From assembly GCA_030706405.1 (NCBI GenBank), contig JAUZOO010000010.1, forward strand, positions 82,127 to 146,126: 64,000 bases of DNA, written 5' to 3'. Position 1 is the stretch's first letter. Every line of letters begins with the position of its first letter. The notes beneath the pieces are model-generated. The model worked only from the letters and a program-made list of their open reading frames with translations. It was not told where the DNA came from and searched no databases. The DNA comes from Bacteroidota bacterium (GTDB lineage: Bacteria; Bacteroidota; Bacteroidia; Bacteroidales; JAAUTT01). The translations under genes were made by a program, and so were the position numbers. Of the stretch, positions 19,072 to 28,601 are shown one piece after another.

Positions 19072-19824
19072 CTACTGATATTTATTTAGCTGGGAATCCA
19101 TGTCAACCAGCAGATTGCTAATTGTTGTATTCCCCATAAACTGAACCGATGATGCATTTTTTACATTTCCGGTAAGGATGCCGGGAATTTTATTATTTGC
19201 TCCTATAAAAGCACGAGACCTCTCAAGAATATTGACTTTAGCGTAATGAGCTCCCTTCTCAAGAGTAATATTACTTTCGTGATTGGCAGTAACCTCGATT
19301 GAGTCTACCTCAACATCTGTTTTAAACTCAGAAGAATTGAGGCATTCAACTTTTAAAGACTGTGTTCCGTTCCGAAGATTTAAATTAATATCAACATTAT
19401 TCCAGGCATGTATATTTGCAGGAACCCAATTATAAAAAATTACTTTGTTATGGGATGAAAAATTCTTAGCAGTTTTAATATGAGTTTTTGAACCGTCCTT
19501 ATTCAGTTTTTCTTCGGCCTGCCAATTTCCTTTAATGGTCACAGTATTATCTTTAATTTCAATTTGTAAAGAACTGTCCGCAACGAGGTAAGGCTCCTTT
19601 TTCCCAGCGTTATCATCTTTAATAATTACCCTGATATTTCCATCCACATGCAACTCATTTGAGGTACGAGAAAGAACTTTGTGTAATGTTAATTTGGAAT
19701 CAATTTCTTTACTGCCGGGATTATTTTTGGCGTATACTTCCAAACCTACCCTTGTTGTCAAAACTCCGATAAAGGACAGTACTACTATTCCTATTAATAT
19801 TTTTATACTTGTTTTCATAATCAT
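19072..19824 (-). CDS. Membrane-anchored hypothetical protein, GIN/DUF2807-like beta-rich fold
   Basis: N-terminal TM and repeated S-x-I/V beta-strand pattern; last gene of a YtrA-type operon. Confidence 0.5.
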   Translation of the reverse strand: MIMKTSIKILIGIVVLSFIGVLTTRVGLEVYAKNNPGSKEIDSKLTLHKVLSRTSNELHVDGNIRVIIKDDNAGKKEPYLVADSSLQIEIKDNTVTIKGNWQAEEKLNKDGSKTHIKTAKNFSSHNKVIFYNWVPANIHAWNNVDINLNLRNGTQSLKVECLNSSEFKTDVEVDSIEVTANHESNITLEKGAHYAKVNILERSRAFIGANNKIPGILTGNVKNASSVQFMGNTTISNLLVDMDSQLNKYQ

Positions 19825-19839
19825 TTCATTTAATAATTA

Positions 19840-20211
19840 TTATAACTTTCCGTCGGCCTTAAACGCGTTATAAAGACGGATTAACTCTTCGGGCGAAAGT
19901 TTTAGTAAATCCATGGTACGAAAAATACCCGGAAGCTCCTTGTTGATGAATTCGTCCTTTTTCATTTTAAAAATGATATCGAAAGCCTCAGGAGCCACAA
20001 AAAATCCGATACCTCGTTTATTATACAGAACACCTTTATCCTGCAAAATGGTATAGGTACGCATTGCAGTGTTGGGGTTTACCTCGAGCGAAACAGCCAG
20101 CTCTCTTACTGCCGGGACTCGTTCATCGGCTTTCCATTCGCCCGACAGTACCTTATCCATAAAATAATCGGCTATTTGCAGGTAAATAGCCTGGTTGTCT
20201 TTAAATTCCAT
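19840..20211 (-). CDS. GntR family regulator, YtrA subfamily
   Basis: AIYLQIAD, PAVRELA, VNPNTAMRTY, KRGIGFFV; short 123 aa. Confidence 0.93.
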   Translation of the reverse strand: MEFKDNQAIYLQIADYFMDKVLSGEWKADERVPAVRELAVSLEVNPNTAMRTYTILQDKGVLYNKRGIGFFVAPEAFDIIFKMKKDEFINKELPGIFRTMDLLKLSPEELIRLYNAFKADGKL

Positions 20212-20212
20212 A

Positions 20213-21010
20213 TCACACCTCTTCTTCTTTTAACCTCAGGTAAGTAATTGTCCAAAACAAGGGGGCAAGCAGGGCATAAAAGAATATTTGGGATAACAAT
20301 TGTATTGTTGAAAAGGTATTTTCAGGTAACTGAAATGTATTATTGTTATTTGTAAATAATTCAAAAACAGGGCTGTAATGTGTGTCGGGATAAACAGCAA
20401 AAACATGTTTATGGAACTGATAATCTATCCAAAAAAGAATCATAATAAAAACTATAACTATCAGTCCTGTTTTTATGAAGCTGTTTTTATGAAACCAGGC
20501 AGCCCCGGCTAAAAAGATCGATTGTAAAACAAAATATTGACCAATTAATTTAAAGTTTTTTTCGGTCAGTAAATCGAAGGTTATGGTTACATTACTGTAA
20601 GAGTGTACAATAGCATTTATGCTTGTTTTAAATACATAAAATGTCGGTATATATATAATAACATAGCAAATGGTAGTAATCAGCAACATGGAAAACATCC
20701 GTTCCAGAATTGAAACCGGAAGCGTTAATGCCCATATTTTTCGGTTTTTCGATTGATAATCGTTAGACGTAATACTTGTAAAAATGAATCCAAGTCCAAA
20801 AAGTCCAAATCCAAAAAAGAACTGTAACATCCCTTGAATAGTTTCTTTGATAAAGGGCGCATCGCTGCGATTTCTCAGTAACATATAAACAAAAAATGTC
20901 CCCGCCAGAAAAGCCAAAACAAAACCAATGAGCAAGGTTATATAGTTACGTGTGAGAAATTGTCTTGTATACAGGAACGAGCGCTGCAGATTTAAATAAT
21001 TATTTTTCAT
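20213..21010 (-). CDS. ABC-2-type permease-like membrane protein
   Basis: About 6 TM helices, LTLPVSILER, YLRLKEEEV; coupled to the ABC ATPase. Confidence 0.75.
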   Translation of the reverse strand: MKNNYLNLQRSFLYTRQFLTRNYITLLIGFVLAFLAGTFFVYMLLRNRSDAPFIKETIQGMLQFFFGFGLFGLGFIFTSITSNDYQSKNRKIWALTLPVSILERMFSMLLITTICYVIIYIPTFYVFKTSINAIVHSYSNVTITFDLLTEKNFKLIGQYFVLQSIFLAGAAWFHKNSFIKTGLIVIVFIMILFWIDYQFHKHVFAVYPDTHYSPVFELFTNNNNTFQLPENTFSTIQLLSQIFFYALLAPLFWTITYLRLKEEEV

Positions 21011-21864
21011 GAGTTTGCAGAATTTGATTGGGAATTAAAAATGGGTTCAAACAAGCTAGGATCTGACGTTATTGCGTTAAACAATAATTCGAAATCGACC
21101 TTGGTATCGGCCTCGTCAATATTGTGTACAATGGCATGTTTTCGCCCAAGAGCCTGTTCTGCGTATAAAATGCTATCAGATGAAGCCTGTTCGCTGAGCA
21201 TTCGAAAAGCAAGCCGTGAGGAAATATCGAAAATGGATTGTTTAAAGGTTATCCTACCGCTATCTAACACAATTAGGTGATCGATAAGCGAATCGAGGTC
21301 GCGCACCTGATGGGTTGAAATAATGAAAATACGTTCGTCGGTAAGCTGCGAAGCCACTGTTTTGCGAAATTGGCTTTTCGATGGGATGTCGAGTCCGTTG
21401 GTGGGTTCATCGAAAATGATGATACGCGTATTGGTTGCCAGGGCAAAAGCCACCAGAAACTTTTTTTTCTGCCCAAACGATAGCGACTTAAGATTCTGAT
21501 TTTTATCCACTTCAAACTCTTCCAGAATTTTTTCAAACTGAGATGTGTCGAACTTTGGCCAAAAAGGCGCATATAATTTCAAATAAGCAGGAATCGATAA
21601 CTTGGGAAGATATATTTCTTCGGGGATGAAATACAGGTCTTCATACATTGAAGGTAAACGGTCTGTTGCCGTTTTGCCGGATACGATGCTCTTGCCTTCC
21701 TTCGGATAGCAAAGCCCGGCTAAGATTTTTAATAATGTGGTTTTTCCCGCTCCGTTTTTTCCCAGTAATCCGTAAATACTGCCCGGTTTGATGCTCAGGC
21801 TCAGGTTATCAAACAGCTTCTGTTTTTTTCGGTAACCAAACGATACATTTTGCAACTCGATCAT
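21007..21864 (-). CDS. ABC transporter ATP-binding protein
   Basis: GKNGAGKTT, LSFGQ, FDEPTNGLD, STH. Confidence 0.95.
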   Translation of the reverse strand: MIELQNVSFGYRKKQKLFDNLSLSIKPGSIYGLLGKNGAGKTTLLKILAGLCYPKEGKSIVSGKTATDRLPSMYEDLYFIPEEIYLPKLSIPAYLKLYAPFWPKFDTSQFEKILEEFEVDKNQNLKSLSFGQKKKFLVAFALATNTRIIIFDEPTNGLDIPSKSQFRKTVASQLTDERIFIISTHQVRDLDSLIDHLIVLDSGRITFKQSIFDISSRLAFRMLSEQASSDSILYAEQALGRKHAIVHNIDEADTKVDFELLFNAITSDPSLFEPIFNSQSNSANS

Positions 21865-21878
21865 AATGTAGTTTTATT

Positions 21879-21909
21879 AGTGTATTAGAATAATAATACA
21901 CTGCAAATA
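21879..21909 (-). promoter_or_regulatory. YtrA-type operator abutting a TAnnTTTG promoter
   Basis: Inverted repeat AGTGTATTA-N6-TAATACACT (21879-21902) next to minus-strand TATATTTG. Confidence 0.75.
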
Positions 21910-22010
21910 TATAAATGATTTTAGAAAAACAAAATGGCTTGTAATTCTTTTTATTAAAATGAAATGTAGCGATAGATAAACGCTCGTGAATTTTGAGGAG
22001 CAAATTGAAC

Positions 22011-22165
22011 AAGAAAAGCCGGGGAATCTCTCGACAGCCCGGCTTCATACTATTACTAACCAATCAAACCTAAATCTGAAAAAACTACACTACTAAAAAT
22101 CTACTAACTAACTATGTTTGTATTTTATTGTCTTTTTTGTGGCCAAACTTAATTGGCGTTCTGAT
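22011..22165 (-). ncRNA. Candidate ~150-nt small RNA
   Basis: Minus-strand TATGTTTG promoter element (22170-22177), U/G-rich body, terminator AAGCCGGG/CCCGGCTT plus U-tract; no credible ORF. Confidence 0.55.
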
Positions 22166-22392
22166 GATACAAACATACTTCAAAGTTCCGTTAACGAATT
22201 ATAACGAATGTTAAAGCATGTTAAAATTTTACCCCATCGTTATGCTCTTTTAAATTTAGTTTTAACTATATATCAGAGGTTTACATAGAAAATCATTTTA
22301 TATGAAAGAAAACTCTGTGTCCGGCATCGAAAAATTCATTATGGGCAGTTGTTTTCATTATGACAATCTGAAAAGGAGGTTCCCTACGGGGA

Positions 22393-22941
22393 TTATTCCT
22401 TCTTAGCTTTCGTCTCTGATTTAGCAGCATTCGCTTTTATCCATTCTGCAAGCGTTCCTTTAGCCTTTTGTTTTTGAAGGATATCTAAGATTTTGATGGT
22501 GCAAAAATTTACGACAGATTCATACCCTACGAGCATGGCCTTAATTCCAGCTTCCTGAGTCTCTGGATCTTCGGCCTCATTATTATGTAATTTAACCAAA
22601 ATCATACCAGCCATGTAATCCATCAATAAATCCGTACCATAAATATTGGTTTTATCTTTCATAACTTCATTCGCAATTTCCGGGTTTATTTGAATGTGTG
22701 TATTCGGAGCTCCTGAAATCCAGCTAAGCACAAACTTATTAGCAGCACCCCTAACTTCTCTATCTTTAGTAAGAGGATTACTTACCATCCATTTTGCAAC
22801 TATTTCGACCGAATCTTTGTAAGGTCCATAATCCTCAACTTTTTTTAACTGATAGTTTGATGGAACCTTAACATCCTGACCAAATGAGCTTATTGTCAAT
22901 AATAATGCTCCAATAAAAACTGTTAGTTGTTTCATAATCAT
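22393..22941 (-). CDS. Exported hypothetical protein
   Basis: Signal peptide ending SFG-Q; FVLSWISGAPN segment; no family assigned. Confidence 0.75.
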   Translation of the reverse strand: MIMKQLTVFIGALLLTISSFGQDVKVPSNYQLKKVEDYGPYKDSVEIVAKWMVSNPLTKDREVRGAANKFVLSWISGAPNTHIQINPEIANEVMKDKTNIYGTDLLMDYMAGMILVKLHNNEAEDPETQEAGIKAMLVGYESVVNFCTIKILDILQKQKAKGTLAEWIKANAAKSETKAKKE

Positions 22942-22961
22942 TTAGTTTATTAATTCGGGAA

Positions 22962-23801
22962 CTATCCCATTATATTCAAATTTACTCCACACAAAACAAG
23001 GATAAGAATTACCAATCCTACCACAATACGGTAATAACCAAACAGTTTGAAACCGTACTTGGTGAGGTAGCTGATAAATCCTTTAATGGCCAGCATGGCA
23101 ACGATAAAAGCCACCACATTGCCTGTTAGCAATACCATGATGTTACTGCTGTTGATTGATTTATATGTCTTAAGCATCTCAAGGGCTGATGCTGCAAACA
23201 TGGTAGGCACAGCGAGAAAAAACGAGAATTCTGCGGCACTTTTTCTGTCCAGCTTTTGAGTCAAACCGCCAATGATGGTTGCTGCCGAACGCGACACTCC
23301 CGGAATCATCGATATAACCTGGAAGAAGCCTATTTTAAAGGCCTTCGGATAAGTTACCTGTTGATCGGGCTTCGGCTTTTTAAACCAATTATCAACAAAC
23401 AACAGGATGATACCGCCAAGTACTAGCGAAACGGCAACTACTACTACATTTTCGAGTAAATTATCAATTTGTTTTTTTAATAATAACCCGAAAAAAGCGG
23501 CAGGAAGAAAAGCTACAAAAAGCTTGAGGTAAAAATCAAAAGCCGTGGAAAATTTTTCCCATGCCGGAGCTGACGAGGCTACCTTTTGAGCATAAACCGG
23601 TTCGAGGAACCTTTTCCAGTAAAGAAAAATGACGGATAAAATAGCTCCAAACTGAATATTTACAGTAAAAAGCTTAACAAACTCGGTACTTTGAATTCCC
23701 AACAGTTTTTGGGCAATAATCATGTGCCCGGTAGAGGAGATGGGTAAAAATTCGGAAATGCCTTCTACGATTCCGATAATAATGGCTTGAATAAAATTCA
23801 T
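22962..23801 (-). CDS. uppP: Undecaprenyl-diphosphate phosphatase
   Basis: [38 protein letters not shown]. Confidence 0.96.
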   Translation of the reverse strand: MNFIQAIIIGIVEGISEFLPISSTGHMIIAQKLLGIQSTEFVKLFTVNIQFGAILSVIFLYWKRFLEPVYAQKVASSAPAWEKFSTAFDFYLKLFVAFLPAAFFGLLLKKQIDNLLENVVVVAVSLVLGGIILLFVDNWFKKPKPDQQVTYPKAFKIGFFQVISMIPGVSRSAATIIGGLTQKLDRKSAAEFSFFLAVPTMFAASALEMLKTYKSINSSNIMVLLTGNVVAFIVAMLAIKGFISYLTKYGFKLFGYYRIVVGLVILILVLCGVNLNIMG

Positions 23802-23945
23802 ATTTTAAAAATTTAAAGATTATCAACTAAATAAGAGCTTTTATAAGTTTCAAAGTTTGGCAAGGCCCGCAGACATCGGACTTTTGAACCTTTAAACTTA
23901 TGGAAGATAATTTATACAGAACTTAAGAACTCGTTAATTTTCAAG

Positions 23946-26147
23946 TTAAAGAAAAATCCTTAACCCGGCATTGTACACAAACCCGTCCGTTGGTGCCCAG
24001 ATTTCGGGAAACTGGGGATTCTGAATGTTACCTGTGTACATGGGTTGCCAGCGCGACTGACGGGAGTCGAGTATGTTCTCAAAATTCATAAAGAAACTCC
24101 AATGTTTGAAAAGTTTTTCGGCCGAGATGCCCATCAGCCAATAATCGCGCGTTTTTTCGCCACTGGAGAGGCGCTGCGGCGAAACATAAAATACTTCGTA
24201 CCCGATACGAAGATTCTTCTCTATTTCGTACATAGGCGTAAAATAAAGTCGGTTACGGGCTGTAAGGGGTAGTTCGGCACGCTGCCCGCTATTGGAGCCG
24301 TAAGCATCAATAAACGTATAACCGAAGTAAATTGAAAAATCATCAATCCTGAATTTAACATTGGTTTCCCAACCTCGGGAATTAATATTTCCTTCGGCAT
24401 TGACAAAATCGAGCGTATCACGGGCTTCCAGCGCCGGATTGGCAATCAACGGATGGAATAAACGGGTATAGAAAAAGAACTGATTGACACTAAGCGTAAC
24501 TTCATCAGAAAGCATGGCTTTGTAATTAATGTCGAAATTTACACCAGCCGATTTTTCCGGTTTTACGTTACCAAGATTAATCGGCATCACATTACGGAAA
24601 CCTTGCGTTTCGGACTCTTCGTTGAAAATGTCGGGAGCCTTGTACCCCAATCCCCCGCTTAACCGCGAGGTAAAGCGGGGCGAAAATTTATACATCAGCG
24701 AAAGACGTGGCAGAAAAAAGATATGGCTTTGGGTTGTGTACAATGGCGAACGAAGCGAAAGATAATCAAGCCGGACACCCGATTCGACAATGAATGACGG
24801 GGTTATCTTGTAGTTATTCTGAACAAATCCGCCGAGGGTTGCCTGATCGCTATTCCGTTTTTGTACAAATGAAGTAACGGTTTCTTTAAAATTATCAGTC
24901 CATAGATTTACGCCGCCAATCCATTCGCTTCGTTCTTTGGGAATAAGATAACTTAATTCCGAAAAGCTGGAAACCTGCTGCCCTCCAAAATGATAGCCAG
25001 TCATTTCTAAGTTCCTCGAAAAATAAGAAACACTATTTTTTACCGAGAAAACAGATTTGTTGCCAAATATCTTTTCAAACTTCAACTGAGTTGAATAGCG
25101 ATCCGATTTATTTCGTTGAAAATAAGTATGAACGTTGTCGGCGTTGTTGTTTATTACATTCATATCGCCACCCAAGCGGCTTTCAATACTGGTATTTAAC
25201 CCAAAACTCAACGTGGCCGTAGGATTGATATAGTAGAACACCTTTGGGTTAAAATTGTACAGTGTATTTTGCGGAATATCGGAGAAATTGTCGTGGTTGG
25301 GGTCGTACGCAACCTGCGAATTTCGGGAAGCAAAAATCGTTACACCGACATTACCAAACCGTTGTCCAAAGAAGGTATTAAGGTCGACGCCTTTGGCACT
25401 TGTGGTATTAGCCATCAACGAGAAATCCCTTTTGTCAGTCGGCGTTTTGGTGACCAGATTGATCAATCCGGCGATAGCTCCACCGCCATAAAGCGTTGAT
25501 GACGATCCTTTAATAACTTCAACATGTTTGAGGTCGAGAGGTGGAATCTGCATCACGCTTAGCCCTTCCGAAAACCCTGAATATAACGGAAAACCGTCTT
25601 TTAACAATTGAGTATATTTCCCGTCGAGCCCTTGGATTCGGATGCTGGTATTGCCCGAAACTGCCGACGTTTGTTGGGTTTGAATACCAGTGCTTTCGGT
25701 AAGCACCATTTTAATATTGGCCGACTGCATCCCGGCTTTTTCATCCAGCTCTCCGCCGGAAATGGTCTCGATACGCGTTGGAATATCGGCAATAGTACGG
25801 CTGCTACGGGTTGCCGTAACCTGCACTTCCTGCATTTCTTCCGATTCAGGTCTCAAAAAAACTGTCAGATCTTCGACCGACGACAACGGAAATAAAAGTG
25901 TCAGGCTTAGAAGACGGTAACCGATGGATGAAATCTCAAAGACATGCTCGCCGTTGGAAATGTTTTGAAATTCCACGCGACCGTTTGCATCGGCAACCAC
26001 AACCGTTGTTGTTCCCTTGAGGGCAACTGAGGCCCCGGGCAGAGTTTCGCCAGTTTCTTTATCTTTTATAATGGTCGTGAATTTATTTTGGGCATGGATT
26101 GTAACTGAAACAAATACAGCAACAATCACTATGAATATTGTTTTCAT
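23946..26147 (-). CDS. TonB-dependent receptor
   Basis: Signal peptide, CarboxypepD_reg-like domain, plug (IRIQGLDG, VEVIKGSSSTLYGGGAIAGLINL), barrel end. Confidence 0.93.
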   Translation of the reverse strand: MKTIFIVIVAVFVSVTIHAQNKFTTIIKDKETGETLPGASVALKGTTTVVVADANGRVEFQNISNGEHVFEISSIGYRLLSLTLLFPLSSVEDLTVFLRPESEEMQEVQVTATRSSRTIADIPTRIETISGGELDEKAGMQSANIKMVLTESTGIQTQQTSAVSGNTSIRIQGLDGKYTQLLKDGFPLYSGFSEGLSVMQIPPLDLKHVEVIKGSSSTLYGGGAIAGLINLVTKTPTDKRDFSLMANTTSAKGVDLNTFFGQRFGNVGVTIFASRNSQVAYDPNHDNFSDIPQNTLYNFNPKVFYYINPTATLSFGLNTSIESRLGGDMNVINNNADNVHTYFQRNKSDRYSTQLKFEKIFGNKSVFSVKNSVSYFSRNLEMTGYHFGGQQVSSFSELSYLIPKERSEWIGGVNLWTDNFKETVTSFVQKRNSDQATLGGFVQNNYKITPSFIVESGVRLDYLSLRSPLYTTQSHIFFLPRLSLMYKFSPRFTSRLSGGLGYKAPDIFNEESETQGFRNVMPINLGNVKPEKSAGVNFDINYKAMLSDEVTLSVNQFFFYTRLFHPLIANPALEARDTLDFVNAEGNINSRGWETNVKFRIDDFSIYFGYTFIDAYGSNSGQRAELPLTARNRLYFTPMYEIEKNLRIGYEVFYVSPQRLSSGEKTRDYWLMGISAEKLFKHWSFFMNFENILDSRQSRWQPMYTGNIQNPQFPEIWAPTDGFVYNAGLRIFL

Positions 26148-26328
26148 GGTTCAATATGAATTATTTATTGTAAAAGATATTCCGATAAATTAGATTTCGA
26201 TTTAATGTCGGAATAACACATTTGCGTACCTTCTTTTGGAGGAAATCATCCAATCTTGGGAAGAAAAGCCTGATAACCTATATTAGATTCTTAAAGATTT
26301 ATTTTACGACATTGGATGATTATTGTAG

Positions 26329-28056
26329 CTATCGATCAGCAAGAGGACCTTTGCCCTTCGCCAGCGTATCGTAGTTGTTCTTAGAATCTTTCCAGTTTAC
26401 CTTTTGGGAAGGATCAATACCGTTGATATACTTTTCGATATTTGTGTAACCGTCACCATTCAGATCACCATTAGCATCGGATGGATCTTTGGGATTAAGC
26501 CCGTGTTTAATTTCCCACTCATCAGGCATTCCGTCGCCGTCGCTATCTTTGTACGGTTTACCTTTGTATTCGGGGTAACCTCCTACCTGGCTGATGTTGG
26601 TAATAATACCTTGTTTATAGGAATCAGTTGGTAAACGACGGTATTTAAATTGATAATAAGTTTTTGAATCCGCGTCTTTATCATAATAAACTTTACCGGT
26701 GCGCACCTGAGTTATTATATGTTGATCAACGATATCACGCTTTGGCAACGTAGCTCCTGCATTGTCTAGCACAAAGCTGTAAGCCTCTTCAGCTGACATA
26801 ATCGGAAATTCAGACATAAGAAATGGCTTATTAACTCTCATGAAAGGGAAATAGTCTTTTTCAGCTTCTTCCTGGCTGATTTCTTTACCTTTCAGGTCTC
26901 TTATTTGTACCCCGCCAGCCCAATTGTCCTTAGTAACCTTGTCATTTCCTTCAACTACATTTCCTGTTACGTAAAGTCTTCCAAATAGTGCTTTTTCGAG
27001 TTTTTTACGTCCATTTGATTGGGGTTCGATGATACGATGATCTATCAGGGAATTTTTAGGGGTAGTTGGTCCCGGTTTATAATAATTGTTTATAATGTTG
27101 AATAGTGCGGTATAGTCGCCACCATCCACGGAACGGTGTACCCAGTTATAAATAACATTATTAGCAAAATTGAATATCCCATTCCAACCAATTGACGGAT
27201 TGCGACCCGTATTATCAGCCCACAAATTTCTCATGAACGTACAGTTCTCTCCTCCAATAGTACTTCCAAAAGCGTGGTTGTAGGTATCCAAACCCTGCGC
27301 TGAAATAGTATTTTGAATAGTAACGTTTACCGTACCCAATTTATCTTCCGGGCGACCATTCTTCGGATCGAACATATGCCGGTAGAACGATATATTTTCG
27401 TCCAATCCCCATGAACAAGAGCAGTGATCAATCATAATATTTCCTATAGGATTTCCGCCAAAAGCATCATCCCTTCGCCCAACATTAGTTTCTCCACGTC
27501 GAAAGCGCATGAAACGCACCACCACATCATGCGTATTTGCCCATACCGATTCACCAGCAATGCAGACTCCGTCGCCAGGAGCAGTCTGTCCGGCAATAGT
27601 AATGTAGGGCGCCCGAATGATAACAGGTGTTTTTAAATGAATGATGCCTGCAACATTAAACACAACAATACGAGCACCTCCAGTTTCGCAAGCTTCGCGG
27701 AAAGTCCCGGGTCCGTTATCAGCTAAACTGGTAACAGTAATCACCTTTCCTCCGCGGCCTCCAAACGAATATTCGCCACCACCCATGGCTCCCGGGAAAG
27801 CCGGAATCTCTGCTTGTGGCAAATCGGTTGGACGGGCAGCCCAGTCAATATAAGGTTTGCCTTCTCTTGCTTCTTTTTGAATAATAGGCAACGCCTTTTC
27901 CCATGCAATGTCAGAAAGTCGTTGGTTCTCCTGCATCATTAAATCCGTAGCTTTTTGAATACTATCGGGCACTTGGGGATACTGGGCTTTACTTATTTGG
28001 CAGGTGGCTCCCCATAAAGAGGCAGTTATAATTAAAGAAATAATATATTTTTTCAT
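26329..28056 (-). CDS. Pectate lyase, polysaccharide lyase family 1
   Basis: AFPGAxGxG...GGRGG, TIAGQTAPGDG, IDHCSCSWGLDE, RNP; C-terminal DxDGDG Ca-binding repeats. Confidence 0.9.
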   Translation of the reverse strand: MKKYIISLIITASLWGATCQISKAQYPQVPDSIQKATDLMMQENQRLSDIAWEKALPIIQKEAREGKPYIDWAARPTDLPQAEIPAFPGAMGGGEYSFGGRGGKVITVTSLADNGPGTFREACETGGARIVVFNVAGIIHLKTPVIIRAPYITIAGQTAPGDGVCIAGESVWANTHDVVVRFMRFRRGETNVGRRDDAFGGNPIGNIMIDHCSCSWGLDENISFYRHMFDPKNGRPEDKLGTVNVTIQNTISAQGLDTYNHAFGSTIGGENCTFMRNLWADNTGRNPSIGWNGIFNFANNVIYNWVHRSVDGGDYTALFNIINNYYKPGPTTPKNSLIDHRIIEPQSNGRKKLEKALFGRLYVTGNVVEGNDKVTKDNWAGGVQIRDLKGKEISQEEAEKDYFPFMRVNKPFLMSEFPIMSAEEAYSFVLDNAGATLPKRDIVDQHIITQVRTGKVYYDKDADSKTYYQFKYRRLPTDSYKQGIITNISQVGGYPEYKGKPYKDSDGDGMPDEWEIKHGLNPKDPSDANGDLNGDGYTNIEKYINGIDPSQKVNWKDSKNNYDTLAKGKGPLADR

Positions 28057-28189
28057 CGTCGAATCATTTTTTGTAAAACGTAATAAATCAATTTATAATG
28101 TGCCCAATGCATTCCTAAATTGCAGGTACAACAATATACCTGTCATTCGGGGAGTCCGGACATCTTTACATTAAGGAATCAACGATGAT

Positions 28190-28498
28190 TTAAATGAGCA
28201 AAATACGGTTGGAAAGGTATAAAGGAGGTTGAAGGCCACGAGTTTCTTGCGTTTGGCCTGTTTGGGCGAATAGAATATAAGTGTCTACCGGAGCTGGCAA
28301 AAGGATTGTTTCGAATTGAATATCGTCGGCAAGGAAGTCTATTGCCACATCGGCCAGATGACTGTTATCGGGCTGAACATAAACATCGTAATCGTCATCG
28401 AACGTATTGGAAAAATACGATGTGCTTATTTCACATGCCGAAAGCAGGAAAAAGAAGCCAACGATGGGAACGATTATGTATCTAAACCATTTCTTCAT
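28190..28498 (-). CDS. Small hypothetical (lipo)protein ending PPLYLxxxILLI
   Basis: Signal peptide with LSAC lipobox-like motif, acidic stretch; upstream minus-strand TAnnTTTG-like element. Confidence 0.6.
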   Translation of the reverse strand: MKKWFRYIIVPIVGFFFLLSACEISTSYFSNTFDDDYDVYVQPDNSHLADVAIDFLADDIQFETILLPAPVDTYILFAQTGQTQETRGLQPPLYLSNRILLI

Positions 28499-28601
28499 CC
28501 GAAATTACATCGATTTTAGAATGTGCAAATATCAAAAATTATACCAAAAAAAGTCTAAAACAAACTAACTAATCATAAGGGGGGTAATCCCATCTTTACC
28601 T

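Noticed and set aside
16438-28056. Polysaccharide utilisation locus
   Set aside because: Neither receptor shows SusC signatures and no susD follows.
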